From contig CM120640.1 of the NCBI GenBank assembly GCA_051362555.1, forward strand, positions 70,658,788 through 70,722,787: 64,000 bases of DNA, given 5' to 3'. A model generated the notes under the pieces. That model was not told the origin of the DNA. It did not search any database and saw nothing but the letters and a program-made list of their open reading frames with translations. Source of the stretch: Lingula anatina (lineage: Eukaryota; Animalia; Brachiopoda). Position 1 is the first letter of the stretch. The number at the start of each line of letters is the position of its first letter. Shown here piece by piece: positions 29,601 to 41,600 of the stretch. A program made the position numbers and the translations under genes.

Positions 29601-32600
29601 CAGTAGGTGACCCTGATCTAGGTGGTAGACTTAAGCCATACTTGAAGATTTGTGTGAATATTATTTTCACAAAATACCTTAAAGATATTTCAGTTTCCAT
29701 AAAAGCCATTATTATCAAAAAGAGATTTAGTAAAAAGAAGCATTTTCCAAGTTAATGAATTTATATATTTCTCCAAAGTTTTATGAAAGTTTGTGGTGGT
29801 TGTATATATTAAATTGTAAACGGGCTATGTTTGATATGTAAGGAGTTAATGACTAGAACTGACTTCTATCATCACCATCTTCATGGAATAATCTTCAAAT
29901 TTCTCTCTGGTAGAAATGGTACACTACATGAGCGGGAAGTTTCACTTTGTGGATCTGGCAGGATCAGAGAGAGCCAACAGGACAGGGAATGTGGGGGACA
30001 GGTTTAAAGGTTAGCCACCTAGGAGACATTGTGAATTTAAGTTTAAACCTTTCATTTTCTTTTCATATGATTTGGTCTAAAGATTTAGATGGGAAGTTTC
30101 ATAGTGTGAAAAATGCGATTTTGTGTTTAATTGTGGAACAAATGCTGCCTGAGAATAACATTACTCTGATAAGCCTATTTGCACATTTTATTTTCATTTT
30201 AATTGTATACAAGAGCATTAATATGAATCTAAAGACTGTTCAAATAACATACTCATCTCACTGTACTTTCAGAGTCAGTTCACATCAACAGTGGGTTGCT
30301 GGCCTTGGGTAATGTGATTAGTGCATTGGGAGACACCAAGAAGAAAGTGAGCCACATTCCATACAGAGATTCCAAGATCACTAGGATGCTGAAGGTAGGG
30401 CCAACAGCTCTAGTTTAATATATTTAGTTATTGTTGTTATATTTTATTTATTTAATTGTTATTAATCATAACTATTTGACACAAGCTTGAAAAAATTCCT
30501 CATCATTGCCTTATGGCCATCTCAGCATTACCAAGCTAATAAACATTTTTGGTTATTTAATTGTTGTATGCTTTGAGGTTAAGAAATAATTTGATAAGTA
30601 ATAAATTTGTCATTATTTTATGAACAATCTCCTCTGTTTCTTCTCTGAAGGATTCTCTTGGTGGTAATGCCCAGACTCTGATGATTTGCTGCATCAGTCC
30701 TGCTGTCTGCAACTTTGATGAAACTCTCAATGCCCTCAAGTACGCCAATAGGGTAAGTGTGCCTCTGTGTTGGAGCAGGAAGTATGAAATAACAGATGAG
30801 TGAATTTTTGGCTGGTAAATGGCATGTGGTATTTTAACCACATGTTCTCATGCAGAGTTTATATAATGATCAGACCACCTTTGATGTCCTGTTACTTATT
30901 TCTTTGCCAGAGATATTAGTCTATAGGCCACTGTAGACCCCCCTAACAAAAAAAAAAAGATTAGGACTTAAGGTAGTCCTCTCATATTAGCTTTTTTTGC
31001 GATCTGCGCAGGTTTCGCGCATGAGTAGTTTTTTGCGATAGCGGCTAATGATAAACATATAACATGCAATAAAATACGTAATTCACCCTTTTAAGAAATC
31101 AGTATGAAATCTTTGATGTTATTTTGGTCGAAGCGCTACGAATATGTCAACAATGCGTTGCGTATCTGTGAACGCTTGGTCTTTTACGACGTAAAGTACC
31201 CACTTGCGACTTTGTTTACAAATGCCGCAATGTAAGAAATTACGTGAAGACGGGATGGAAAAGAGCGTTTTAGTAAGGCTAGTATAGCAGTGACAAGATC
31301 TTATCTCACGGAAAATAATCACAATTGTTTGCATTTTGACCAAAATGTGTATTGTGGTGATTTATCACATGGTTACGATGTGTGTAACAAGACATTGCCT
31401 TCTTCAGCATTGGTTTCCGATCACCCAGGGCCAAGTTACCGTGATTTGTATGCTGAAAACAATTATCTTCTTTCACAATAAGTTAAAATAATTAGACGCA
31501 TGGCGTTTTGTTGTTGATTTAAGTATGTTATTGAACAATATGACCTGCAAACAGTGCGATTTTCAGCTCTCCAGGAAAGATGCAACAGGTGTGCACCCGC
31601 CTGGCGTGCTGCGACGTCATTCTTGTAATGGTTTTGTTAAAGTGCAAATGGACAAAACAATAAAACACACAACAGAGGACCAAGGGTTTTTATGCAGATA
31701 CATATAATACTTTTTTTATGCTAGGAAAATAAACACTATATTTTAGAAGATAAAGTGTACTTTATTCCAACTTTATCCTAATTTACCCAATCATAAACAA
31801 GAGATCTAGCTGATCTACTTTAGTTTGTAAATTTATTACTTCACAGAAATTATTCCGCCCATAATGCATTAGAAGATAGTCTTGAGTTACAAAACTTAGT
31901 TAATTTTTGCAATGATGAAAGTGAAGAAAATCCTTTTTTTCTGATTTTTTTATTTTATCCCAGTCAACTGACTCAATCCTGTGTGAAACCTTTACCAAAT
32001 TCTGTAGAAAACCTTGATTGTAAAAAAATAATTTCTCCATGTGTAGGAAAAAAGATAAAGCTGTCGGAGTTAACATATCAGAATTAGTAATTGCTCTTCA
32101 AAGAGAAAGTCTAGATGGTCTTTATTTTCTTCTCAGTGAAATCAATCCAAACACAAAAAAACACGAGTAACAAAATGCATAAAAGTAATAAAAATTGTAT
32201 GATTTTTTTAATTTTAAAATTAATATGCATATTTATATGCTATTGATATGTATTTGATTGCATGTTGTAAACATAATATGAAACAGAAATAAACTGATAA
32301 TCAAAGATGTCTGTAGATGAATATTTTTGTCACCATCTTCCATATGTACTGTATAGAGAAGAAATATGACTAACTTACCATAGTAAGAAATTGATACATT
32401 GTTAATATACAAATGAAACAATTTATCCAGTTATCTCACCATAAAGTGCATATTTTAGTGCTGAGTAAGAAAAATAAAGAAACAAAAGAAATAAAAATAA
32501 AAAGGAATAAGAAAATAAGTCACATGAGATTGATATAATATGCTTTTGGTCAATCTGCCTAGCCTATGAAAAATCTAATATGGCGGCATTCCATGAGGCA

Positions 32601-35600
32601 TACTGAAATCCAACTGATACTTTCAACATTTGATTATCTATTTATTATGAATGGGATATGCAAATTTAATGAAATTTGGTTAACTGATGCAGAGAAGTAT
32701 AAATATAATTTTCATGGAAACATAATAAGTGTATGAGTTAAAAACCTAATGATACAAATATATTTATCTTAATTTGCTAATAAATTCCCATTGATTCCTA
32801 TGTAAATTTGATAAAAAATCGATGCTCAAGCAGCCCTGGCTCAAAAACAAGCGTGGTGTGGTACATATTTTTTTGTAAATTTCTTTGAGGTCTACCAAGA
32901 TCTATAACATATCCTCATAAAATTAAAATCGCTAGGGCAGAATTTTTTATTTTTGCATTTTTCAGCAAAATTAAGGGCATTTTGGCAAAATCCCCATATA
33001 ACGCAATGTAATAAACGTAGCGTTTTTCGGGACGCCACCTCTCGAAAACGAGCGTGGTGACCCCCAATTTTTTTTTCATATTTTTTACTCATATGGTAAG
33101 AAGATTTTGTCTTACAATTTTAATCAAAATCGCTAGGGCAGAAATATGAAATCTGAAATATGAGAGAGCGTCCTTAAACTATCAGAAAAACATAATGAAT
33201 GAAAATCACTAAGGGAGGAAGGGTTTTGGTTTTTTTCCCATGGACTATTTATTTTGTCTACTTAAAAATATTGTGACATGATATTATTTATATACCATAT
33301 CCCTAACAAGCCCGTGGTGAACAGAGATCGACAGTTATATATTATGTATATTATAATAATATTGTAGCATGATATTATTTATATACCGCAGGCCAAACAT
33401 ATCCGTAACAAGCCCGTTGTGAACAGAGATCCTCAGTCACTGAAGTTTGAAGAAATGCAGAGTGAGATCAAGGTAGGCTAGTGCCACCTGGTGAGGAAGT
33501 GGCACATACCGTAGTTTGTGCATGATTAAGAAAAGAAATGTTAGACTTTTGACACATTTAAATTGTCTGATGAGTTCATAATGTAAACTATTGATTCCAA
33601 TGCCTAGATGTTCCAGTGTAGCTCTTTTGAATATTTAGGCTTTAAAAGAGGAGTTACAGAGGCAGCGTACCACCCTGATGACAGGGGGTGCTGACATGGA
33701 GCAGGCCATACAGGATGCTGGACAGCTGAGGAACCTGGAGGACCAGCTGGTCAAGTGAGTCACAGCATTATATAGTTAGTCTTCTTGAAGATTTTCATAC
33801 TTATTAGTCAGTTATGACAAAACTGAAACACAGGTGCCCTGGTGAAGTCTGACAGAGTCTGGTAAAAATTCAACAAAGAAAAAAATTAAAGTTTATTATA
33901 TAGTCTTCTGATGTTGAGGTTGGAGCAATGTGGAAATGCTTACATATTTAAAAAAATTTAAAAGAAAATATATTCTCATTTGTAACACAGTGTTAAATAG
34001 ATTTCCCTTGTTGTACACACGTAATCAATGGTTTGACTTCAGGCTGCAGACAGAGTGTTCTCACTACCGTATGATAGCAGAGGAGGCATACAGACAGCTG
34101 ACAGACATCCAGGAGAGAGACATTCTGTCCAGAAGTCAACAGTTTAAGTTGAGGGACTGGCTGGATCTCATGGAAGAGGTAAGTAGTCACTCACACTATA
34201 TAAAATATAGCAGTTTAAGTTGAGGGACTGGCTGAATCTCATGGAAGAGGTATGTATTCACTCACACTATATAAAATATAGCAGTTTAAGTTGAGAGACT
34301 GGCTGGATCTCATGGAAGAGGTATGTATTTACTCACACTATATAAAATTTGTGCTTAGATTTTAGTTTTTGGTATAAGTAGCAGTGCAGTAGCACCAAAG
34401 ATGGTGCTCAGCACAGAAGTGAAATCAATCTACAATCTACTTATTAAAGAAATTGTTACCACAAGATCTCATGAAAGAGAGATATTTTCACTCACACTTG
34501 GTACGATATAAAACAAAGAATTTGTGCTTACATTTTGGCTTTTGGCATAATTGATAGTACATTAGCAGGAAAGATGAAGGAAATTGTTACCATAATAGGA
34601 AGTCTCCTCTTAAAAGATTTCTTTAAGAATGCAAATTACTGTTGTTGTTTTCCAGCATGTTTTGTTTGTATTTACTCTGTATTTCTTCATGTTTGTTTTC
34701 AGATCAAGAACAGAGTGCCGTCCACTCTGAACAAAGAGGAGTGGAATGACAGAACAGTCAAGCAGCTGCAGAAGGAATTGAAAGTTGTGAGTTGTGGTAA
34801 AATTTCAAAATAATCTGGAATGAAACTAAGAGACTAGATTTCTTTTAAAATTTTCTTTTGTAATGTGTTAAGGCGTTCATAATCTAACACATTTAATCTC
34901 AAACCACTGTAGATCTTTGCAATAAATCTAAATAGAATTAATACTTTCTTTAATGTTTTTTTTATTTATACCTTCATAATGGACATTAATTGTTATTATG
35001 TACTATATCTTTGTTGTTATAAAAGTTGCCCCTTTGTTAGCTCATGTTTTCATGTATCATAATCTATATATGAATTATTACAGTGTCAAGATGAATTAAA
35101 AAGTGATGAGCAAATATTTGTTGAAAAGAATGAAGAACTATCTGAAATGAGCAGGAAAATAGAAATATTGGTGAGTATATTTTCTGGGTATAGTGCTTTT
35201 GTCAGTCTTATTGTAGAATTTTATTTCGTTGTTATTATCTATTCATTATTCGGTGATTTTCTTCTTATGTTGTATCTTTAAAATGTCCATTTCCATCTCC
35301 TTGATTGCTTCCCTGATATTAGAAATGCATTATTGACATCTACCCTTCCATTTAATTTAGGAATCTGATTTATTAGAGAAAAATAGAGAATTGGAAGATG
35401 CAGAAAAGATAATAAATGGGCACAAGGAAGTGATGGTCCAGCAGCAGGTGAAGATTGAAGAGTTGGAACAAGCAACTCGGGTTAGTACATGATTAATGGA
35501 ACAGTTTCATAATTTTGGGTTTTTGTGGCTTTTCCAGAATTTCGAAGTAGAACAATACAAATATGACTGCCAAATTTAAACTTTGATCAGAAATGGATTT

Positions 35601-38600
35601 TTGTGGCTTTTTCAGAATTTTCAAAGTAGAACGATACAAATGTGACTGCCAAATTTAAGCTTTTATATAAATATATTAGTAAATATATATATTTGGTATA
35701 ACTTAAAATGTAGAATAGCTAGAATGGCCTTAGTATAAGTTAAATATTCTGTTCTTCAGAAAAGGAAAGTGAGTATAGCGGTGAGTGAGCCGGACCAGGA
35801 TGGTGACGACGCGGCACCAGTCTCGAGCAGGAGAGCTTTCTCCGTACCTCCACACATGCTGAAGGCGGCAAATGCTGGGGTAAGAACAGAAATAGTAAAT
35901 TTTACAATTTTAAGATGAACAGATAACATTATTTAGAATAAAATTCCTTATATTTGTGTAAAAGCACAAAGACATGTTCAAAGCAAGATGTGCAGTGACC
36001 TATTTCTTATGTCCATAATAGTATCTTTGACTGACAGAAAATGTGAATTGCATCATAGGATGAAAATTGTTCATCACTCTCTCCAGACTGTCACTAGTCT
36101 GCGTCCCCCGTCACGTAACATTCGCACCAGTCCCGCCATGTTCTCCGTAGAGCGTGTGATGCAGGGGTTTCGTGCGCGTAGCCAGCTCCTGATGAACCAG
36201 CTGGAAGAGCACGATGAGGTCCTGCACCAGGGGTTCTCAGATAACGAGGAAGGGGACAATGGAGAGGAGAGTGGCAAGACAAACAAGTAGGATGGTCTCT
36301 CTGGATTTATCTTGTCAAGCTAGCTAAATTTTGGCTCTAAAAAGAATTCATTTGAAGGGTCTTGTGGAAATGGACAGAATGGAAACTTTAAAATCATTTC
36401 TTGTTTTTATTTCTCTTTTGTTCAGAGTCGCACCTTCTTAAAGATGAGCTGCTTATTTTGTGTTCAGACTGCCAGAATTCTTATTTCTTCAAAGTGTGAG
36501 AATACTGGAATTTATTTATTTAATTTATGCACAATCTCTTTGCAGAGCTTTAGGCCAAACCTTCAAGGCTGTGAGAAGTGTGAGAAGATCACATACTGAT
36601 GATGAAAAACTTTCCATGAAGGACAACAAAGGAGCAACAATAACAAAGAGTATGTGTGGAAAAATTAGCTGGAACTGAAAATGTTATGTTAGAAATTGGC
36701 CTGTTTATTATTCACTAAAGATTTGAAATTAACATGATATTAATAACATGACTGTGTCATTATCACCATTTGTATTCTTATTCGACAACTTGTTATCTTT
36801 TAGAAGATCTTTGTAATTTTGCTATCATCATTTTGGTACTAGCCCCCAAAGGCAGAACCCCCAGGCTTGACAAGGAGTCTTCTAGCCTGGACGTAGACAA
36901 ACTGAGAACAAGCACTGTTATACACAAGAAGAAATTGAAGGAAACCCAAGCCAAAGTACAGGCAAATACTCAGAAGATTAGAGATCTCTCCATTAATATT
37001 AAGTAAGTGTACACAGTGCCCTTAATGATTTAGAGATCTCTGGAAGAAATAATGGTTTGGCTACAGTATAATGTATTACTTAATCACTTATTGATGCCAA
37101 TTGTCTCTTACAAGATTTCTCCATCCATCCCTGTTCTGGACTCTCTTCTCTATAGCTAGAAGACCCCATTTTATCCCAATTCTCATGGTTTCTTCCTCCC
37201 ACTCTCTTCTCTATAGCTAGAAGACCCCATTTTATCCCAATTCTCATGGTTTCTTCCTTCCACTCTCTTCTCTATAGCTAGAAGACCCCGTTTTATCCCA
37301 ATTCTCATGGTTTCTTCCTTCCACTCTCTTCTCTATAGCTAGAAGACCCCATTTTATCCCAATTCTCATGGTTTCTTCCTTCCACTCTCTTCTCTATAGC
37401 TAGAAGACCCCATTTTATCCCAATTCTCATGGTTTCTTCCTTCCACTCTCTTCTCTATAGCTAGAAGACCCCATTTTATCCCAATTCTCATGGTTTCTTC
37501 CTTCCACTCTCTTCTCTATAGCTAGAAGACCCCATTTTATCCCAATTCTCATGGTTTCTTCCTTCCACTCTCTTCTCTATAGCTAGAAGGCCCCATTTTA
37601 TCCCAATTCTCATGGTTTCTTCCTTCCACTCTCTTCTCTATAGCTAGAAGACCCCATTTTATCCCAATTCTCATGGTTTCTTCCTTCCACTCTCTTCTCT
37701 ATAGCTAGAAGACCCCATTTTATCCCAATTCTCATGGTTTCTTCCTCCCACTCTCTTCTCTATAGCTAGAAGACCCCATTTTATCCCAATTCTCATGGTT
37801 TCTTCCTTCCACTCTCTTCTCTATAGCTAGAAGACCCCATTTTATCCCAATTCTCATGGTTTCTTCCTTCCACTCTCTTCTCCAGGTGTTTGGCAATGAA
37901 TAAAATGTGAGGTATTTTAGCTACATATTTACCTTCCAGGCAGATGTTGCTTATGTTAGTACCACCAGCCTGTTGTTACTATCTTCTGATCTTATGAACA
38001 TTTAAATGTCTGGTTCATATATGTATATATAATTCAGGTTGAAGGAGCAGCTTATCAAAGAGCTGGTGAAGACAGGCAAGGACGCCCACCTGATGAACAC
38101 ACAGTACGCAGAGAAAGTCAAACTCTTGGAAAAGGTACTTTCTGTGTGCATTGATTCCTTCCTAGGCCACACAACACATTGATTACTTGCACATTCGTTC
38201 ATTATTTCATTTTTTAACTTAGATATCAATATTTTATCCATTCTTCCAAGTGTGTTCAGGCAAACTCTTGGAAAAAGGTACTTCAGCTATACATCCAATT
38301 GATTCATGATTCGATATAAATAATTATCTACCCTTCCTGATAATATTGTGGTAAAAATATTGCCCTGTTTCAACAAACTGACCCATGATATTGTTTCACA
38401 GGAGAAGGAACAGACGCGAACTGAACTGCGAGAGCTCCAGAAGGCATTTCAGGAATTGGAGGTGAAAGAACAAAATGAATCTGCTCAGATAAACAAAGTG
38501 CAAAGGTAATGCAGTATTACTTTGATTTTGTTAAGACTCCAAGTCCTGGTAAATAAGAGTAGATATAAAATAAGAAGGCTCATGTTGAATAGATTTTTGC

Positions 38601-41600
38601 AGGTATGACTGCATAACTGCTTACATAAATATTTGATATTAAGTGTTATATATAATAATAACTAGATGATGTGTTATATAATAACTGTGCATATTTTCTA
38701 GTGATTATAAAAAGAAGATGGAGCTCACCAAGACTAAGCTGAGTGCTTTACAGAAGAAACAGAAAGAAACTGAAAAACTAGCCAATCTTACTGCTCAGAA
38801 TGACAAAAAGTAAGGGTTTCTTTAAGCAGACGTGTGTGTGTGCGCCAGCTCGCGTGCGTGTGTGTGTGGTATGGCATTGGTTTTATGTATTCTTTCATAT
38901 AGGCTGCCAAGAAATGGTTTCATTGCAGTGTGGACCTCAGATACCAGATGTTAATTGTATTTGAGACCCAGTGACTTATGTTTCTTTATGAACATTCTGT
39001 GTTGTAGAGTAGAGGAACTGGAGCTCTCTGTGGGAAAGATGAAACAGCAACAGGAGAATTTGACCAAGAAACTTAAGGAAGAAGCTGAGAGAAAAGCTAA
39101 GCTGGAGGTGGGTTTCTCTCTGTACTGTGGCATAAAGTATAACATTGCACTGGGTTTCCAGAAATTGATAAACACAAGACTTGGGGTGTGGAGATTTAAC
39201 AGTAACTGTTGTAGAAATATGTTTTGTCTGTCTTTTTTCTTACAGAAAGAAGTACAGAAAGAACAGCAGAAGATAAAAGAACTTGAAATAAAAAATGAAC
39301 AACAAGAGAAGATTCTGAAGATCAAAACAGAAGAGATAGCTGCAGTCCAGAGAAAACTGAGGAGTGGGGGACCAGCCGTGGCCTTGGAGTAAGACATTTA
39401 GATAGGGACAGGGAATAGAATTAACATATTATATGTAGAGAAAACTGAGGAGTGGGGGGCCAGCCGTGGCCTTGGAGTAAGACATTTAGATAGGGACAGG
39501 GAATAGCATTTACTTATTATATGTAGAGAAAACTGAGGAGTGGGGGACCAGCCATGGCCTTGGAGTAAGACATTTAGATAGGGACAGGGAATAGAATTAA
39601 CATATTATATGTAGAGAAAACTGAGGAGTGGGGGGCCAGCTGTGGCCTTGGAGTAAGACATTTAGATAGGGACATAAAATAGCATTAACTTATTATATGT
39701 AGAGAAAACTGAGGAGTGGGGGTCCAGCCGTGGCCTTGGAGTAAGACATTTAGATAGGGACAGGGAATAGAATTAACATATTATATGTAGAGAAAACTGA
39801 GGAGTGGGGGACCAGCCATGGCCTTGGAGTAAGACATTTAGATAGGGACAGGGAATAGAATTAACATATTATATGTAGAGAAAACTGAGGAGTGGGGGGC
39901 CAGCTGTGGCCTTGGAGTAAGACATTTAGATAGGGACATAAAATAGCATTAACTTATTATATGTAGAGAAAACTGAGGAGTGGGGGTCCAGCCGTGGCCT
40001 TGGAGTAAGACATTTAGATAGGGACAGGGAATAGCATTTACTTATTATATGTAGCTTAATCTGGTAGATATTAACACAAATTCACAACAGCACTATTGTG
40101 ATATTGTGCTATTTTTGTAAAAAAATTAATGTCATTACCTTTTTTGCTCTTGTTTTTGTTTCAAGTGCTGCCCAGGAGAAGTTGGATGAGCAGCGGAAGT
40201 GGCTAGATGGTGAAATTGAGAAGGTGCTGGAGGAACGGAGGAAGATGGAACTGCTTCAAGGGGTAAGATGGGATCTCCACATGGGTTCCTTTTTACTTGT
40301 CAGTTATTTTGTAAGCTGCAGTACTTAAATCAAAAACATTTTTAAAAAACTGACAGTCTTCAGCATTAGAGAGTGGTGGCATAGTTAGTGTTATTTCAGG
40401 TAATAAAGTGCTCAGAATGGATAACATCTCTATTGAAGAAGGGTTTCTTTACAAATCTTTTATTTTAAAACTTTTTGCAGGATCTGAAGAAACGTGAAGA
40501 AATTCTTGCCAAGAAGGAAGCCATAGTAGCTGAAAAAAGTCATTTAGAGATGAAAAAGCTCAGATCTAGTCAGGTGCTAACCAAGGTAAGCTTAGATCTA
40601 GTCAGGTGCTTAACAAAGTAAGCACAAAACTAATAGATTTTCTGCTTCATACAAAGTTTAAATTGATATTAAGAGTATATTAGAAATTTTAATTAGACTT
40701 AAAATTTGCAAAAGTTATAATTCTTATGCTTCAATAGAAATTTCAATTTTGACATAATAAGATTAAAGGTAATAAATGTTTGACATAGTGATATTTTGTG
40801 AGTAGGATATTTCTACTGTGGTAAATAAACTGGAGACTGTGGAAAAGAAACTGGAAGAGAAGAACCGCGAGATGTCTGCCACCCCAGTAGAAGCCAGACC
40901 AAAGCTGAAAGATGAGATAAAAAGTCTCCAGCAGGCTCAGGAGAGGTTGAGGAGGCAGAGAGCAGTGCTGGATGACAAACTGTACGATGGTGCTGTGATT
41001 TCTCCACAGGAAGAAAGGAGGTGAGTCTGTACTAGATAATAAACTGTATGATGGTGCTGTGATTTCTCCACAGGAAGAAAGGAGGTGAGTCAGTACTAGA
41101 TAATAAACTGTATGATGGTGCTGTGATTTCTCCACAGGAAGAAAGGAGGTGAGTCAGTGTTGGATTTGTTGAGTGCATGAAAGTGATAGTACATCTTCTC
41201 TCCATTCATAAACTGGCTCTCAAATAAACTGTCAAACTCATTTTTTTATCTTTATGGTAAAACTATTGAAGTTTTACAACAAAAAAATGGTCTCTTCATG
41301 TTTAATTGTGTTATGTTTGGGAGAACATATTTATTTGTGCTATCTTATTGTGTTAAAGGCTGATAGAGCTGGATGAAGCCATAGAAGCCTTGGATGCAGC
41401 TATTGAATACAAGAATGAGAACATCCGGTGCCAGGAGGAGGAATTACGCAGATCTCAGCTACTCACACAGGTAGATATATATACTGATCATACTACTGGA
41501 AACAATATTAAGGAATTTTTGTTTAAAATATATATGAAAAACTGTTACTAACCTGCTTGCAAATTTTTAAATACAAATGCATCTGCAGTTAGAAATATAC

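Noticed and set aside
36973-37043. Possible further donor-spanning duplicate (TTAGAGATCTCT twice)
   Set aside because: Only ~12 bp match; too short to count.
39349-40054. CRISPR-like regular arrays (also 37140-37882, 58847-59397)
   Set aside because: Units are fully repeated with no unique spacers; eukaryotic intronic context; no cas genes.
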